Source: an uncultured Actinomycetota bacterium (lineage in GTDB: Bacteria; Actinomycetota; Actinomycetes; Mycobacteriales; SCTD01). From it: a stretch of DNA of 64,000 nt. Below, piece by piece: positions 17,729 to 26,741 of this stretch; the stretch's first letter is position 1; each line of letters begins with the position of its first letter. The translations under genes and the position numbers were made by a program. Where the stretch lies: NCBI GenBank assembly GCA_963784705.1, contig CAWASC010000010.1, positions 290,434-354,433 on the forward strand, written 5' to 3'. A model generated the notes under the pieces. It saw only the letters and a list, made by a program, of their open reading frames with translations, was not told the origin of the DNA and did not search any database.

Positions 17729-17808
17729 GCCGCACGGTTGGCGGCGGTTCGACCCGCTCCGTCCCGCGTCTTTCTCACGTTGCGTCAGCAACCCGTCGAT
17801 GGACGGTC

Positions 17809-18603
17809 ATGACCCGCGCGACCCCCTTCGTGCCCCACCCCCGCCCCGCGTCGGACCGTGCTGCGGTCACCGCGGTCTACGGCGGTGGGGGAGTGTTCGG
17901 CATCGCGTACGGACTCGGCATCGCGCACGCCCTGGTCGACGGCGGCGTCCCGCTGGACCGGTGCGAGGCGCTCGGCACGTCCGCGGGCTCCTGGGTCGCG
18001 TCCTGCCTGGTGGCTGGTGTCGAGTACGACGACCTCGCCGCCCAGGCACCTGTGCGCGTCCCGAACCTGCGGCCCGGCTGGCTGCGCGGGGTCGCGCACG
18101 ACCTGCTCGGTGACCGCTACGACGCGCGGGTGCGCGCCAGCGCGGTGCAGCTGCCGCGGATGCGGCGCGCGATCCTGCGCGGCAGCGACCACGCGCTGGC
18201 CGACCTGGTTGCGGCGTCGTCCTCGGTCCCCGGGGTCTTCGCCCCCGCGAAGGTCGGGCGCGGGCTGTACGTCGACGGCGGCGTCCGATCGCTCGCGTCG
18301 GCCGAGCAAGCCCCTGTCGCGGACCACCTGCTGGTCGTCGCGCCCATCGCCGGACCGGTCCTCGGGACGGGCGGTCGGGCGATGCAGGTGCTGCTCACCG
18401 ACGAGATGCGCTCGTGGGAGCGGCGCAGCGGTGGGCGGGCGCACCTGGTCCGGCCGGACGCGGCGATCGCGGCGCTGGTGAGCTCACCCCTGCACCTGTT
18501 CGACAAGGCGCGGGCGCTCGAGGTCTACCCGATGGCCTACGAGCAGGGGGCGCGACTGCTGGCTTCGCGTCCTGGCCTCGGCCGGCTGGCCGCTGCGGCG
18601 TAG
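17809..18603 (+). CDS. patatin-like phospholipase
   Basis: 264 aa with a Gly-rich oxyanion loop (GGGVFGIAYGLG), the GxSxG nucleophile (GTSAGS) and the catalytic Asp context (YVDGGV). Confidence 0.8.
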   Translation: MTRATPFVPHPRPASDRAAVTAVYGGGGVFGIAYGLGIAHALVDGGVPLDRCEALGTSAGSWVASCLVAGVEYDDLAAQAPVRVPNLRPGWLRGVAHDLLGDRYDARVRASAVQLPRMRRAILRGSDHALADLVAASSSVPGVFAPAKVGRGLYVDGGVRSLASAEQAPVADHLLVVAPIAGPVLGTGGRAMQVLLTDEMRSWERRSGGRAHLVRPDAAIAALVSSPLHLFDKARALEVYPMAYEQGARLLASRPGLGRLAAAA

Positions 18604-18627
18604 CGCGCCGCCGGTACGGTCCGGGGG

Positions 18628-19329
18628 GTGACCACGGACAGCGCACGCGAGGACCCGACCGGCGGAGGCTGGCAGCAGCCCGATGCCCCCGATCCGCAGA
18701 CGCAGGAGCAGGAGCACCGCCTCGCCGACCAGATGCGGCGGATCATCAACCGCCTGGTCATCGTGCGCGCCGACACCGAGGAGCTGCGCCAGGCAGCCGA
18801 CGCGGCGCAGGACTTCGCCGACCGGCTCGACGCGCTGCCCGCGCGGCTCGACGAGGCGGTGATCAGCGAGGCGGGTCTCGCGCCGCAGGACCACCTGCTC
18901 TACAGCCCGCTGGCGGGCACGAACAACCCGGTGGCGCCGCCGCTGGTGATGGAGCGGGTCGAGGTCGACGGGGCGACCGTCACCGTCGGCAGCGTCCGGT
19001 TCGGCGCCGCGTACGAGGGCCCTCCGGGGCACGTGCACGGGGGTTTCGTGGCGGCCATGTTCGACGAGCTGCTCGGTCGCTCGCAGGGGTCGGCGGGGTT
19101 CACCGCCTACCTCACGACCACCTTCCGCAAGCCCACGCCGCTGTTCCGGGAGCTGACCCTGCGCGCGTGGGTCGACCGGGTCGAGGGGCGCAAGCGCTGG
19201 ATCAAGGGCACCTGCCACCTCGGCGACCTGCTGCTCACCGAGGCCGAGGGGCTGTTCGTCGCGCCACCGGGCGGCGCGGCGCTGGCTTACCTCACCGCCA
19301 GTCTCGAGGGGCACGCCACCTCGACCTGA
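18628..19329 (+). CDS. PaaI/hotdog-fold thioesterase superfamily protein
   Basis: 233 aa. GPPGHVHGGFVAAMFDELLG is followed by a beta-rich C-terminus typical of the hotdog fold. Confidence 0.65.
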   Translation: MTTDSAREDPTGGGWQQPDAPDPQTQEQEHRLADQMRRIINRLVIVRADTEELRQAADAAQDFADRLDALPARLDEAVISEAGLAPQDHLLYSPLAGTNNPVAPPLVMERVEVDGATVTVGSVRFGAAYEGPPGHVHGGFVAAMFDELLGRSQGSAGFTAYLTTTFRKPTPLFRELTLRAWVDRVEGRKRWIKGTCHLGDLLLTEAEGLFVAPPGGAALAYLTASLEGHATST

Positions 19330-19341
19330 CCTTCCCGCTAG

Positions 19342-20187
19342 GTGTCGCGGCTGCTGACCACTACCGTGGTCAAGATGGGTGTCGTCCAGCATCATCACGT
19401 GAACGTCTCGGGTCCTGCCGGGGCGCCCGCCATGGTCTTCGCGCACGGCTTCGGGTGCGACCAGGGAATGTGGCGCTTCGTCGCCCCGCACTTTCGCGAC
19501 CGCTACCGCACCGTCCTGTTCGACCACATCGGAGCCGGCGGGTCGGACCACACCGCCTACGACCCCGTGCGGCACGCCTCGCTGCAGGGCTACGCCGACG
19601 ACGTGCTGGCGCTGCTGGTCGAGCTCGACCTCGGTCCGGTGGTGTTCGTCGGCCACTCCGTCAGCGCCACGATCGGTCTGCTCGCCGCTGCGGCCCGGCC
19701 CGACCTGTTCTCCCGGTTGGTGCTGGTGGGCCCGAGCCCGCGGTACATCGACGAGGGCGACTACCGGGGCGGCTTCAGCCAGCAGGACATCGACGAGCTG
19801 CTCGCGACCATGGACGACAACTACCTCGGGTGGGCCCAGCACCTGGCGCCGGTCATCATGGGAGTGCCCGAGCGGCCGGAGCTCGGCGCCGAGCTCACGA
19901 ACAGCTTCTGCCGGACCGACCCGGTGATCGCCCGGCGCTTCGCCCGGGCCACGTTCCTGTCGGACAACCGGGCCGACCTGGGGCGGGTCACCACGCCCTC
20001 GCTGGTGCTGCAGAGCCGCGAGGACGTCATCGCGCCACCGGAGGTGGGGGCGTACGTCCATGCCCACCTGTCCACCAGCCGGCTGGTGGTGCTCGACACG
20101 ACCGGCCACTGCCCGAACCTCAGTGCCCCCGACCAGGTGGTGGCAGCGATCGACGACTACCTCGCGACGGAGCTGCTGCCGGCGTGA
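19342..20187 (+). CDS. RsbQ / KAI2 / D14-type alpha/beta hydrolase
   Basis: Collinear with B. subtilis RsbQ as I remember it: FAHGFGCDQGMW, VFVGHSVSA (Ser), DNYLGWA, FCRTDPVIARRFA, GHCPNLS (His). Alternative start at ATG 19375. Confidence 0.85.
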   Translation: MSRLLTTTVVKMGVVQHHHVNVSGPAGAPAMVFAHGFGCDQGMWRFVAPHFRDRYRTVLFDHIGAGGSDHTAYDPVRHASLQGYADDVLALLVELDLGPVVFVGHSVSATIGLLAAAARPDLFSRLVLVGPSPRYIDEGDYRGGFSQQDIDELLATMDDNYLGWAQHLAPVIMGVPERPELGAELTNSFCRTDPVIARRFARATFLSDNRADLGRVTTPSLVLQSREDVIAPPEVGAYVHAHLSTSRLVVLDTTGHCPNLSAPDQVVAAIDDYLATELLPA

Positions 20188-22070
20188 GCGACGGCTGGCA
20201 GACCGCACCGTGCGGGCTGCTGACCCTGCACCCGGACGGGACTGTGCTCGCCGCCAACGAGACGTTCCTGTCCTGGGTCGGTCGCCCCGCGGACGACGTG
20301 GTCGGGCGGCGGCGCCTGAGTGAGCTCTTCACGGTCGGCGGCCGCATCTACTGGGAGACCCACCTGGCGCTCCTGCTCCAGGTCGAGGGGCGCCTGGACG
20401 AGGTCGCCGTCGAGCTGCGCGGCCCCGCGGAGCGTCGGCCGGTGCTGCTCACCGCGCAGGTCGAGGGCCCCCCCGAGGCGCAGGTCGTCCAGGCGGTGCT
20501 GTCCGGCGTGGCGGAGCGGGTGCGCTACGAGCGCGAGCTCGTCGCCGCGCGCGCGGCGGCCGAGCGCTCCGAGGGGCGGTTGCGCGCTCTCCAGGAGGTC
20601 ACGGCCGGCCTGTCCGCCGCTGTGGGCGTGACGGGCGTCGTCGACGTCGTCCTCGACGCCGTGTGCGGCTCACTGGGCGGTCAGGCGGCCACGGTGTGGC
20701 TCGGCTCACCGCGGTCGTGGCAGGTGCACTCCTCCCGACGCGAGGACGCGCCGGTCGAGCCGCCCGGGGAGCTGGCCGAGGCCCCGTTCGAGAAGGACGG
20801 TCGGCTGATCGCGGGGCTGCCGGGCAGCGCAGGGCTGCGCGGGCTGCTGTCCGTCCTGCTGCCCACCGACCTGGTGCGGCTCCCGCTCGACGTCGAGGTG
20901 CTGCAGGCCGTCGCGCAGCAGGTGGGCCTGGCCCTGGACCGGGCGCAGCTGTACGAGGAGCAGGCCAGCGTCGCCCTCACCCTCCAGCGGGCCCTGCTCA
21001 GCGCCGAGCTGCCCTCCCACCCACGCCTGGACCTGGTGACGGCCTACCGCCCTGCTGTCGAGAGCCTCGAGGTCGGCGGCGACTGGTTCGACGCCTTCCT
21101 CGTGGACGACGGCACCCTCGCCGTGGTGGTCGGAGACGTCGTGGGCCGCGGACTTCAGGCCGCGAGCGCCATGGGTCAGCTGCGCAGTGCCACGCGCGCG
21201 CTCGCCGCGCCCGGCGCCGGACCCGCGAAGGTGCTCGCCGGTCTCGACCGGTTCGTCGAGCAGGTCCCGGACGCCAGCATGGCAACGGTGGTCTACGCCG
21301 AGCTCGACCTGGCGACGGGGTGGCTGACGTACGCGTGTGCCGGCCACCCCCCGCCCCTCGTGCTGTGCGCGTCCGCCGACCAGCCGGCGCAAGCGGCCCT
21401 GCTCTGGGAAGGGCGCTCGGCCCCCCTCGGCGCCTACGGCGGCCCGTCGGCCCGCACGCAGGCGACGACGAGGTTGCGCACCGGCGACCGGCTGCTGCTC
21501 TACACCGATGGGCTCGTCGAGCGGCGCTCCCGCGGCATCGACGTCGGTCTGGACCGGCTCGTCGACGTCGTCCGGCAGATGGACGTCCTGGCGCCGGCCC
21601 GCGCCGTACCCGCCCTGGTGGACGCGCTGCTCGCCGACGAGCAGGTGCGCGACGACGTGTGCGTGCTGCTGCTGCACTGGACCGGCGAGCACCTCGTGCG
21701 CCACCTGGACCGCCTCGAGCAGCTGCCCCAGGTGCGCCACGACCTGCGCGACTGGCTCCTTCGCGCCGACCTCGCGCCGACGGTGGTCGACGACCTCGTG
21801 CTCGCCGGCTCCGAGGTGCTGGCGAACGCGCTCGAGCACGCGGGGCACCACAGCGCTCGGACGCACGCGGTGCTCCAGAGCGAGCTGCACCGCGCCGATG
21901 CCCGAGCAACGGTCGTCATGCAGGTGCGTGACGACGGGACCTGGCGGGAGGGTGCGCCCTCCGAGGAGAGGGGCAGGGGGTTGGCCATCGTGCGTGCCCT
22001 GGTCGACGAGCTCGACATCCGCTCCGACGACGGGACCACCGTCGTCCTGCGCCGGTCGGTGGGCGCATGA
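20184..22070 (+). CDS. multidomain partner-switching regulator: PAS - GAF-like - PP2C (SpoIIE) phosphatase - RsbW-type HATPase kinase
   Basis: This is the C-terminal 628 aa of track ORF 18414..22070. GTG at 20184 overlaps the hydrolase stop (GTGA). PP2C motifs are VGGDWFDAF and VVGDVVGRG..LYTDGLVE. The kinase N/G boxes are EVLANALEHA, VRDDGTW and RGRGLAIV. Confidence 0.85.
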   Translation: MSDGWQTAPCGLLTLHPDGTVLAANETFLSWVGRPADDVVGRRRLSELFTVGGRIYWETHLALLLQVEGRLDEVAVELRGPAERRPVLLTAQVEGPPEAQVVQAVLSGVAERVRYERELVAARAAAERSEGRLRALQEVTAGLSAAVGVTGVVDVVLDAVCGSLGGQAATVWLGSPRSWQVHSSRREDAPVEPPGELAEAPFEKDGRLIAGLPGSAGLRGLLSVLLPTDLVRLPLDVEVLQAVAQQVGLALDRAQLYEEQASVALTLQRALLSAELPSHPRLDLVTAYRPAVESLEVGGDWFDAFLVDDGTLAVVVGDVVGRGLQAASAMGQLRSATRALAAPGAGPAKVLAGLDRFVEQVPDASMATVVYAELDLATGWLTYACAGHPPPLVLCASADQPAQAALLWEGRSAPLGAYGGPSARTQATTRLRTGDRLLLYTDGLVERRSRGIDVGLDRLVDVVRQMDVLAPARAVPALVDALLADEQVRDDVCVLLLHWTGEHLVRHLDRLEQLPQVRHDLRDWLLRADLAPTVVDDLVLAGSEVLANALEHAGHHSARTHAVLQSELHRADARATVVMQVRDDGTWREGAPSEERGRGLAIVRALVDELDIRSDDGTTVVLRRSVGA

Positions 22071-22423
22071 CCCCCGCCGACGGCCTCGAGGTCCGGCAGG
22101 TCGACGGGGTACGCGTGCTCCGGGTGACCGGAGAGCTCGACCTGCTGTCCGCGCCGCTGCTCGAGCCGTCGCTGCTCGCGCACGTCGACGCGGGTACGGC
22201 GCTCCTGCTCGACCTGTCGGTCCTCACCTTCTTCGACAGCGCGGCCGTGCGCCTGGTCGACCACCTCGTCCGGCGCTGTGCCAGTCAGGAGGCGGGGGTG
22301 CGGGTCGTCGCGCCGGCGGGGTGCCCCGCCCGGCGGGTTCTCGACCTGGTGGCGATGTCCGAGGGCCTCGTCGTCGAGACCGTCGAGGACGGCGTGGCCT
22401 GCGTCCGACAGCCGGGACAGTAG
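22067..22423 (+). CDS. STAS-domain anti-sigma-factor antagonist
   Basis: 118 aa: LRVTGELDLLSAPLL..LLLDLSVLTFFDSAAVRLV, with Ser in the DS position. ATGA overlap with the upstream regulator. Confidence 0.8.
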   Translation: MTPADGLEVRQVDGVRVLRVTGELDLLSAPLLEPSLLAHVDAGTALLLDLSVLTFFDSAAVRLVDHLVRRCASQEAGVRVVAPAGCPARRVLDLVAMSEGLVVETVEDGVACVRQPGQ

Positions 22424-22478
22424 AACCGGTTCTACCGGTCGTGGTTCGATGTGCGGGTCCGACGTCGAAGGAGACCCC

Positions 22479-22880
22479 GTGCCCGTTCCCGTCATCAGCG
22501 CCCTCGCGCTGGAGCCCAGCCCTCACCTGGTCGCCCAGGAGTGCACGTCCTGCGGCGCCCGCTTCTTCGGCCGGCGCATGGCCTGCGCGTCCTGCTTCGG
22601 GCAGCAGTTCCGGGCCGCGGACGTCCCGACCGACGGTGAGGTCGTCGCCTTCACCATCGTCGCGTTCGCGATGCCTGGCGTGCCGACGCCGTACGTCGCG
22701 GCGACCATCGACTGCGGTGGGACGACCGTGCAGGCCAACCTCGTCGACGTGGAGCCCACCCCCGAGCACGTCACCCTCGGGATGAAGGTGCGCCTCACGA
22801 CGTACAGCCTCGGACAGGACAGCCACGGGACCGAGGCCGTCGGCTTCGGCTTCGCCCCGATCGGACAGCAGGCAGCATGA
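22479..22880 (+). CDS. Zn-ribbon / OB-fold protein (DUF35 family)
   Basis: A Cys4 ribbon (CTSCGARFFGRRMACASC) is followed by an OB-like segment. GAAGGAG-N5-GTG at 22479. The stop overlaps the start of the thiolase-like gene. Confidence 0.75.
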   Translation: MPVPVISALALEPSPHLVAQECTSCGARFFGRRMACASCFGQQFRAADVPTDGEVVAFTIVAFAMPGVPTPYVAATIDCGGTTVQANLVDVEPTPEHVTLGMKVRLTTYSLGQDSHGTEAVGFGFAPIGQQAA

Positions 22881-24079
22881 GCAGCGGTGACGTGTGGGTC
22901 CTCGGCATCACGATGACGAAGTTCGGCAAGCGGCCGGACGTCGAGACCGACGAGCTGGCGGCGGAGGCGGCGCTCGGGGCGCTGAAGGACGCGGGCGTGA
23001 CGATGGCGGACATCGGGGTCCTCGCGGCCGGCAACCTCATGGGCGGCGCGCTCGGCATCGGTCAGCAGGTGCAGAAGCAGATCGGCCAGACCGGCATCCC
23101 GGTCTTCAACGTGGCGAACGCCTGCGCGACCGGCGCGACCGCGCTGCGCACCGTCATGATGGCGATCAAGGCCGGCGAGGCGGACATGGGGCTCGCCGTC
23201 GGCGTCGAGAAGCTCAGCGGCGCGGGTCTGCTCGGCGGCGGAGCCAGCCGCTACGACAAGGAGACCTGGACGCCGCGCGGTACGGACGGCTCGATCATGG
23301 AGCTCGACGGCCGCGTCGGGACCCAGGGCATGCCGGGAACCTTCGCTCAGGTGGGCATGCAGTACGCCCACACCTACGGCGGCGCGAGCTTCGAGCTGTT
23401 CGCGCGCATCAGCGAGAAGAACCACGCGCACTCGGTGCTCAACCCGCTCGCCGCCTACAGCAAGGCGATGCCGCTCGAGCAGATCATGGGCGACATCATG
23501 ATCGCCTACCCGAACACCCGTCCGATGTGCTCGGCGAACTGCGACGGCGCCGCTGCGGCGGTGCTGGTGAGCGACGCCAAGCTCCGGACGCTCGACCCCG
23601 ACCAGCGCCGCCGGGCGGTGAAGATCAGCGCGTCCGTCCTGACCTCCGACCCGTACGACGAGGGCTGTCAGGTGCTCCCCAACATCAACACCCTGACCCG
23701 TCGGGCGGCGCAGCAGGCCTACGAGCAGGCAGGGGTCTCCCCGACGGACCTGGACCTGGTGGAGCTGCACGACTGCTTCGCCACCGCCGAGCTGGTGCAC
23801 TACGACAACCTGATGCTGTGCCCGGAGGGCGGCGCCGTCGACTTCTTCGAGTCAGGGGCGCCGTTCCGCGACGGGAGCCTGCCCGTCAACGTCTCCGGCG
23901 GGCTGCAGAGCAAGGGCCACCCCATCGCCGCCACGGGCATCGCGAACGTCTGGGAGATCTGCCACCACCTGCGCGGCGAGGCAGGGGACCGGCAGATCGA
24001 GGGCGCGAGGGTCGGCCTCGCCCACGTCATCGGCCTGGGATCTGCGTGCGGGGTGCACATCCTGGAGAGGGCGGCGTGA
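22877..24079 (+). CDS. thiolase-fold protein (SCP-x / lipid-transfer-type, usual DUF35 partner)
   Basis: 400 aa with NVANACATGATAL (Cys), GHPIAATG and a C-terminal GLGSACGV. Confidence 0.85.
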   Translation: MSSGDVWVLGITMTKFGKRPDVETDELAAEAALGALKDAGVTMADIGVLAAGNLMGGALGIGQQVQKQIGQTGIPVFNVANACATGATALRTVMMAIKAGEADMGLAVGVEKLSGAGLLGGGASRYDKETWTPRGTDGSIMELDGRVGTQGMPGTFAQVGMQYAHTYGGASFELFARISEKNHAHSVLNPLAAYSKAMPLEQIMGDIMIAYPNTRPMCSANCDGAAAAVLVSDAKLRTLDPDQRRRAVKISASVLTSDPYDEGCQVLPNINTLTRRAAQQAYEQAGVSPTDLDLVELHDCFATAELVHYDNLMLCPEGGAVDFFESGAPFRDGSLPVNVSGGLQSKGHPIAATGIANVWEICHHLRGEAGDRQIEGARVGLAHVIGLGSACGVHILERAA

Positions 24080-24319
24080 GCTCGCCTTGAGGGCGACCAG
24101 ACCGCCCACGAGCAGCAGGGACACCACGTTGGCGGCGATGATGGCGGCCTCGCGCAGCAGCACGCCGTAGCCCAGCCAGCAGCCGAACCCGCACAGCATG
24201 GCCACGAGGTAGGCCCAGGAGATGTCCTCGCACGAGCGGCTGCGCCAGGTTCGCCAGATCTGAGGCAGCCAGGCGCCCGTCGTGAGGGCGGCCGCCACCA
24301 GGCCGATCGCGGTGCGCAC
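23852..24319 (-). CDS. SemiSWEET (PQ-loop) transporter with an unusual ~70-aa C-terminal extension
   Basis: From GTG at 24319: VRTAIGLVAAALTTGAWLPQIWRTWRSRSCEDISWAYLVAMLCGFGCWLGYGVLLREAAIIAANVVSLLLVGGLVALK, i.e. 3 TM helices with PQ and W..YG motifs. The ORF has no stop until 23852, so it overlaps the convergent thiolase gene by 228 nt. Confidence 0.65.
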   Translation of the reverse strand: MRTAIGLVAAALTTGAWLPQIWRTWRSRSCEDISWAYLVAMLCGFGCWLGYGVLLREAAIIAANVVSLLLVGGLVALKASSRRPLQDVHPARRSQADDVGEADPRALDLPVPCLAAQVVADLPDVRDARGGDGVALALQPAGDVDGQAPVAERRP

Positions 24320-24323
24320 GGGG

Positions 24324-25136
24324 TCAGCGCAGCCCGTCGAGCAGGTCCGTGAGCGGCTCGCCACCGGTCCAGGCCGGCCGCGCCCGGACGAAGTGCTCCA
24401 GCCCGAAGACCTCGCGGAAGACCTCGACCGGGAAGGTGAGGAAGAAGATGTTCTCCGCCTGGCTGGCGTGCGCGGCCAGGGAGGCGCGCTTGACCTCTGC
24501 GTAGTCCCGGCAGTCGATCGCCGCGGCGATGTCCTCGTCGGGCGAGCCGAACGTCGACGCGTCGAGAGGCGGCGGCTCGACGCCCATCTCCCGCATCCGG
24601 TCGACGAACTCACCCAGGCTGCTGCGCTTGAAGGTCGGGAAGAACAGCGTCGCCGTCGAGCCCGTCGTGTCGAGCGCCGACACGGTGATCCGGTGCGCCT
24701 GGATGTGGTCGGGGTGGCCGTAGAAGCCGAAGTCGTCGTAGGTGAGGACGACGTCGGGCTGGTACTTCTCGATCAGTGCGACCAGGGGAGCGGCGGCCTG
24801 CTCGACCGGCGTCGCCCAGAAGCAGCCCGGAGCGTCGTTGGTGGGCCAGCCCATCATCCCGGAGTCGTGGAAGCCGAGCGTCTCCAGGTGCGTGATGCCC
24901 AGGACGTCGCAGCTGGCCCGGAGCTCGGCCAGGCGCAGCGCGACCAGCGCCTCGCTGTCGTGGTCGTCGCCGTGACCGGCCTCGCCGGCCTTGCTGTCCG
25001 GGCTGTCGCCGAGCTCGCCGTTGGTGCAGGTCACCAGGACCGTGCGCACCCCTTCGGCGGAGTACTTCGCGAGGACGCCGCCGGTGGTCGAGGCCTCGTC
25101 GTCGGGGTGGGCGTGCACCGCCATGATCGTGCGCAT
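24324..25136 (-). CDS. PIG-L/LmbE family deacetylase (mycothiol Mca/MshB-like)
   Basis: 270 aa with the AVHAHPDDE signature and a second motif, FGFYGHPDHIQAH. Confidence 0.8.
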   Translation of the reverse strand: MRTIMAVHAHPDDEASTTGGVLAKYSAEGVRTVLVTCTNGELGDSPDSKAGEAGHGDDHDSEALVALRLAELRASCDVLGITHLETLGFHDSGMMGWPTNDAPGCFWATPVEQAAAPLVALIEKYQPDVVLTYDDFGFYGHPDHIQAHRITVSALDTTGSTATLFFPTFKRSSLGEFVDRMREMGVEPPPLDASTFGSPDEDIAAAIDCRDYAEVKRASLAAHASQAENIFFLTFPVEVFREVFGLEHFVRARPAWTGGEPLTDLLDGLR

Positions 25137-25145
25137 GGCCCGACG

Positions 25146-25538
25146 CTACCGGCGGTCCTTGGCCACGTGGTCCCGTCGGGGCGGCAGGTGACGGAACCGG
25201 TGCCCAGCCAGCCGCGGCGGCAGCGGCTCGACGGCCCCGTCGGCCACCCAGGCCGTCAGCGCGTCGGTGGCGGCGTCGCTGAGGACCCCGCCGAGCCAGG
25301 TGTCCCGCTCCGCCGTGCGCCGGCCCGCCCGCCGTACGACGACGACGTTGCTCCGGTCGCACTCGTCGAGGCAGTCGACGACCCGGACCTCGACGTCCGG
25401 GTGCTGCTGCGCCGCCAGCTCCAGCCGCTCCTGCTGGTCGTCGTGCGGCGTGCGCGGGTGCTTGGCCGCGGTACCGCAGCAGCAGTCGCGGCACAGGAGC
25501 ACCGTCGTCGAGGGCCGGGTCGGCGGGGTCGCGCGCAT
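25146..25538 (-). CDS. Cys-rich small protein (thioredoxin-like ferredoxin / metal-binding type)
   Basis: This is the C-terminal 130 aa of track ORF 25146..27527, starting at ATG 25538: ..TVLLCRDCCCGTAAKH..VVDCLDECDRSNVVVV. The remainder of the 793-aa ORF is antisense to real genes. Confidence 0.5.
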   Translation of the reverse strand: MRATPPTRPSTTVLLCRDCCCGTAAKHPRTPHDDQQERLELAAQQHPDVEVRVVDCLDECDRSNVVVVRRAGRRTAERDTWLGGVLSDAATDALTAWVADGAVEPLPPRLAGHRFRHLPPRRDHVAKDRR

Positions 25539-25601
25539 CGAGCCAGTCTGCCCGACAGGGCCCCCGGGATGCCCAGGGCGCTCGCCGGTGTTGGAGCCCC
25601 C

Positions 25602-26603
25602 GTGAGCCTTCCCCTGTCCGTCCTTGACTTCGTCGGCATCGAGTACGGCGAGTCCCCCCATGCCGCGATCCGCGGCGCCGTGGCGCTCGCGCAGGCCGTC
25701 GAAGCGGCCGGCTACCACCGGTACTGGGTGTCCGAGCACCACAACATGCGCAGCCTCGCGTGCAGCGCGCCGGAGCTGCTCGTCGCGCACGTGGCTGCGC
25801 AGACCGCGACGATCCGCGTCGGGGCCGCGGGCATGATGCTGCCGAACCACACCAGCCTGAAGGTCGCGGAGCTGTTCCGGACGCTCGTCGCGATGCACCC
25901 TGGACGCATCGACCTGGCCCTGGGCCGCGCGCCGGGGACCGACCCGCTCACGGCTCACGTGCTGCGCCGCGGCGAGCAGGTGGACGCGGCGGAGGCCTTC
26001 CCCCGACAGGTCGCCGAGCTGTTCGCCTTCCTCGGTGAGGGCTTCCCGGAGGGGCACCCGTACGCCGCCCTCGTCGCCGCGCCCGTCGTGGACGAGGTGC
26101 CCGAGGTCTTCGTCCTGGGGTCCAGCCCCTACGGACCGCGGTTCGCCGCCGTGAACGGACTGCGGGCCGCCTTCGCCCACCACATGAGCCCGCAGCTCGC
26201 TGTCGACGCGCTGCAGGCGTACCGCCGGGACTTCACGCCCCGGCACCCGGGCGACGAGGCGTACGCGGTGATGAGCGTCCTGGCCTTCGCGAGCGAGGAC
26301 GAGGACGCCGTGCTGGAGTTCGAGGCTGCGTGGACCCTGACGATGCGGAATTTGTCCCGAGGCGTGCGCGAGCCCCTTGCCCCGGAGGAGGTCACCGCCC
26401 TCAGTCGCAGCGCCGGCTTCCGGGCCGCGCCGCGGGACGAGGAGCGGATGGTCGTCGGCCCACCGAAGCAGGTGGCCAGGCGGCTGCGCGAGCTGGCCGC
26501 GGACGCGGGGGCGGACGAGGTCGTGGTCGTCACCCCGTCGTTGGACCGCGCCCGCCGTACGGCGTCCCTGACCTCGCTCGCCGAGGCGTGGGCGCTGCTC
26601 TGA
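25602..26603 (+). CDS. LLM-class flavin-dependent oxidoreductase (luciferase-like)
   Basis: 333 aa from GTG at 25602, within track ORF 24282..26603. Motifs seen: GYHRYWVSEHHN, GAAGMMLPNH, LGRAPGTD. Confidence 0.8.
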   Translation: MSLPLSVLDFVGIEYGESPHAAIRGAVALAQAVEAAGYHRYWVSEHHNMRSLACSAPELLVAHVAAQTATIRVGAAGMMLPNHTSLKVAELFRTLVAMHPGRIDLALGRAPGTDPLTAHVLRRGEQVDAAEAFPRQVAELFAFLGEGFPEGHPYAALVAAPVVDEVPEVFVLGSSPYGPRFAAVNGLRAAFAHHMSPQLAVDALQAYRRDFTPRHPGDEAYAVMSVLAFASEDEDAVLEFEAAWTLTMRNLSRGVREPLAPEEVTALSRSAGFRAAPRDEERMVVGPPKQVARRLRELAADAGADEVVVVTPSLDRARRTASLTSLAEAWALL

Positions 26604-26741
26604 CGGGCGGCGACGCTGGTCACGGCCGGCCGTGGAACGTTGCGGCCGGGTCACGATGGCGGCCGCTGCTGGACCGCAAGGGTGCGTGGGTGCGAGAGTC
26701 CGAGGGATGCCCCCACAGCCAAGCATGGTCGGTGTGCCGTC

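Noticed and set aside
18414-20183. N-terminal 590 codons of the 1218-aa track ORF.
   Set aside because: This part overlaps the patatin, thioesterase and RsbQ-like genes in another frame and is Arg/Gly/Pro junk. Recognisable domains begin at the GTG at 20184, which overlaps the upstream stop.
26626-26649. 7-bp stem (CCGGCCG-N10-CGGCCGG) after the LLM gene, flanked by two GGTCAC words, as a possible terminator or operator.
   Set aside because: The stem is short, consists of GC-only sequence that arises easily by chance in this genome, and has no U-tract. This is not enough to call a feature.
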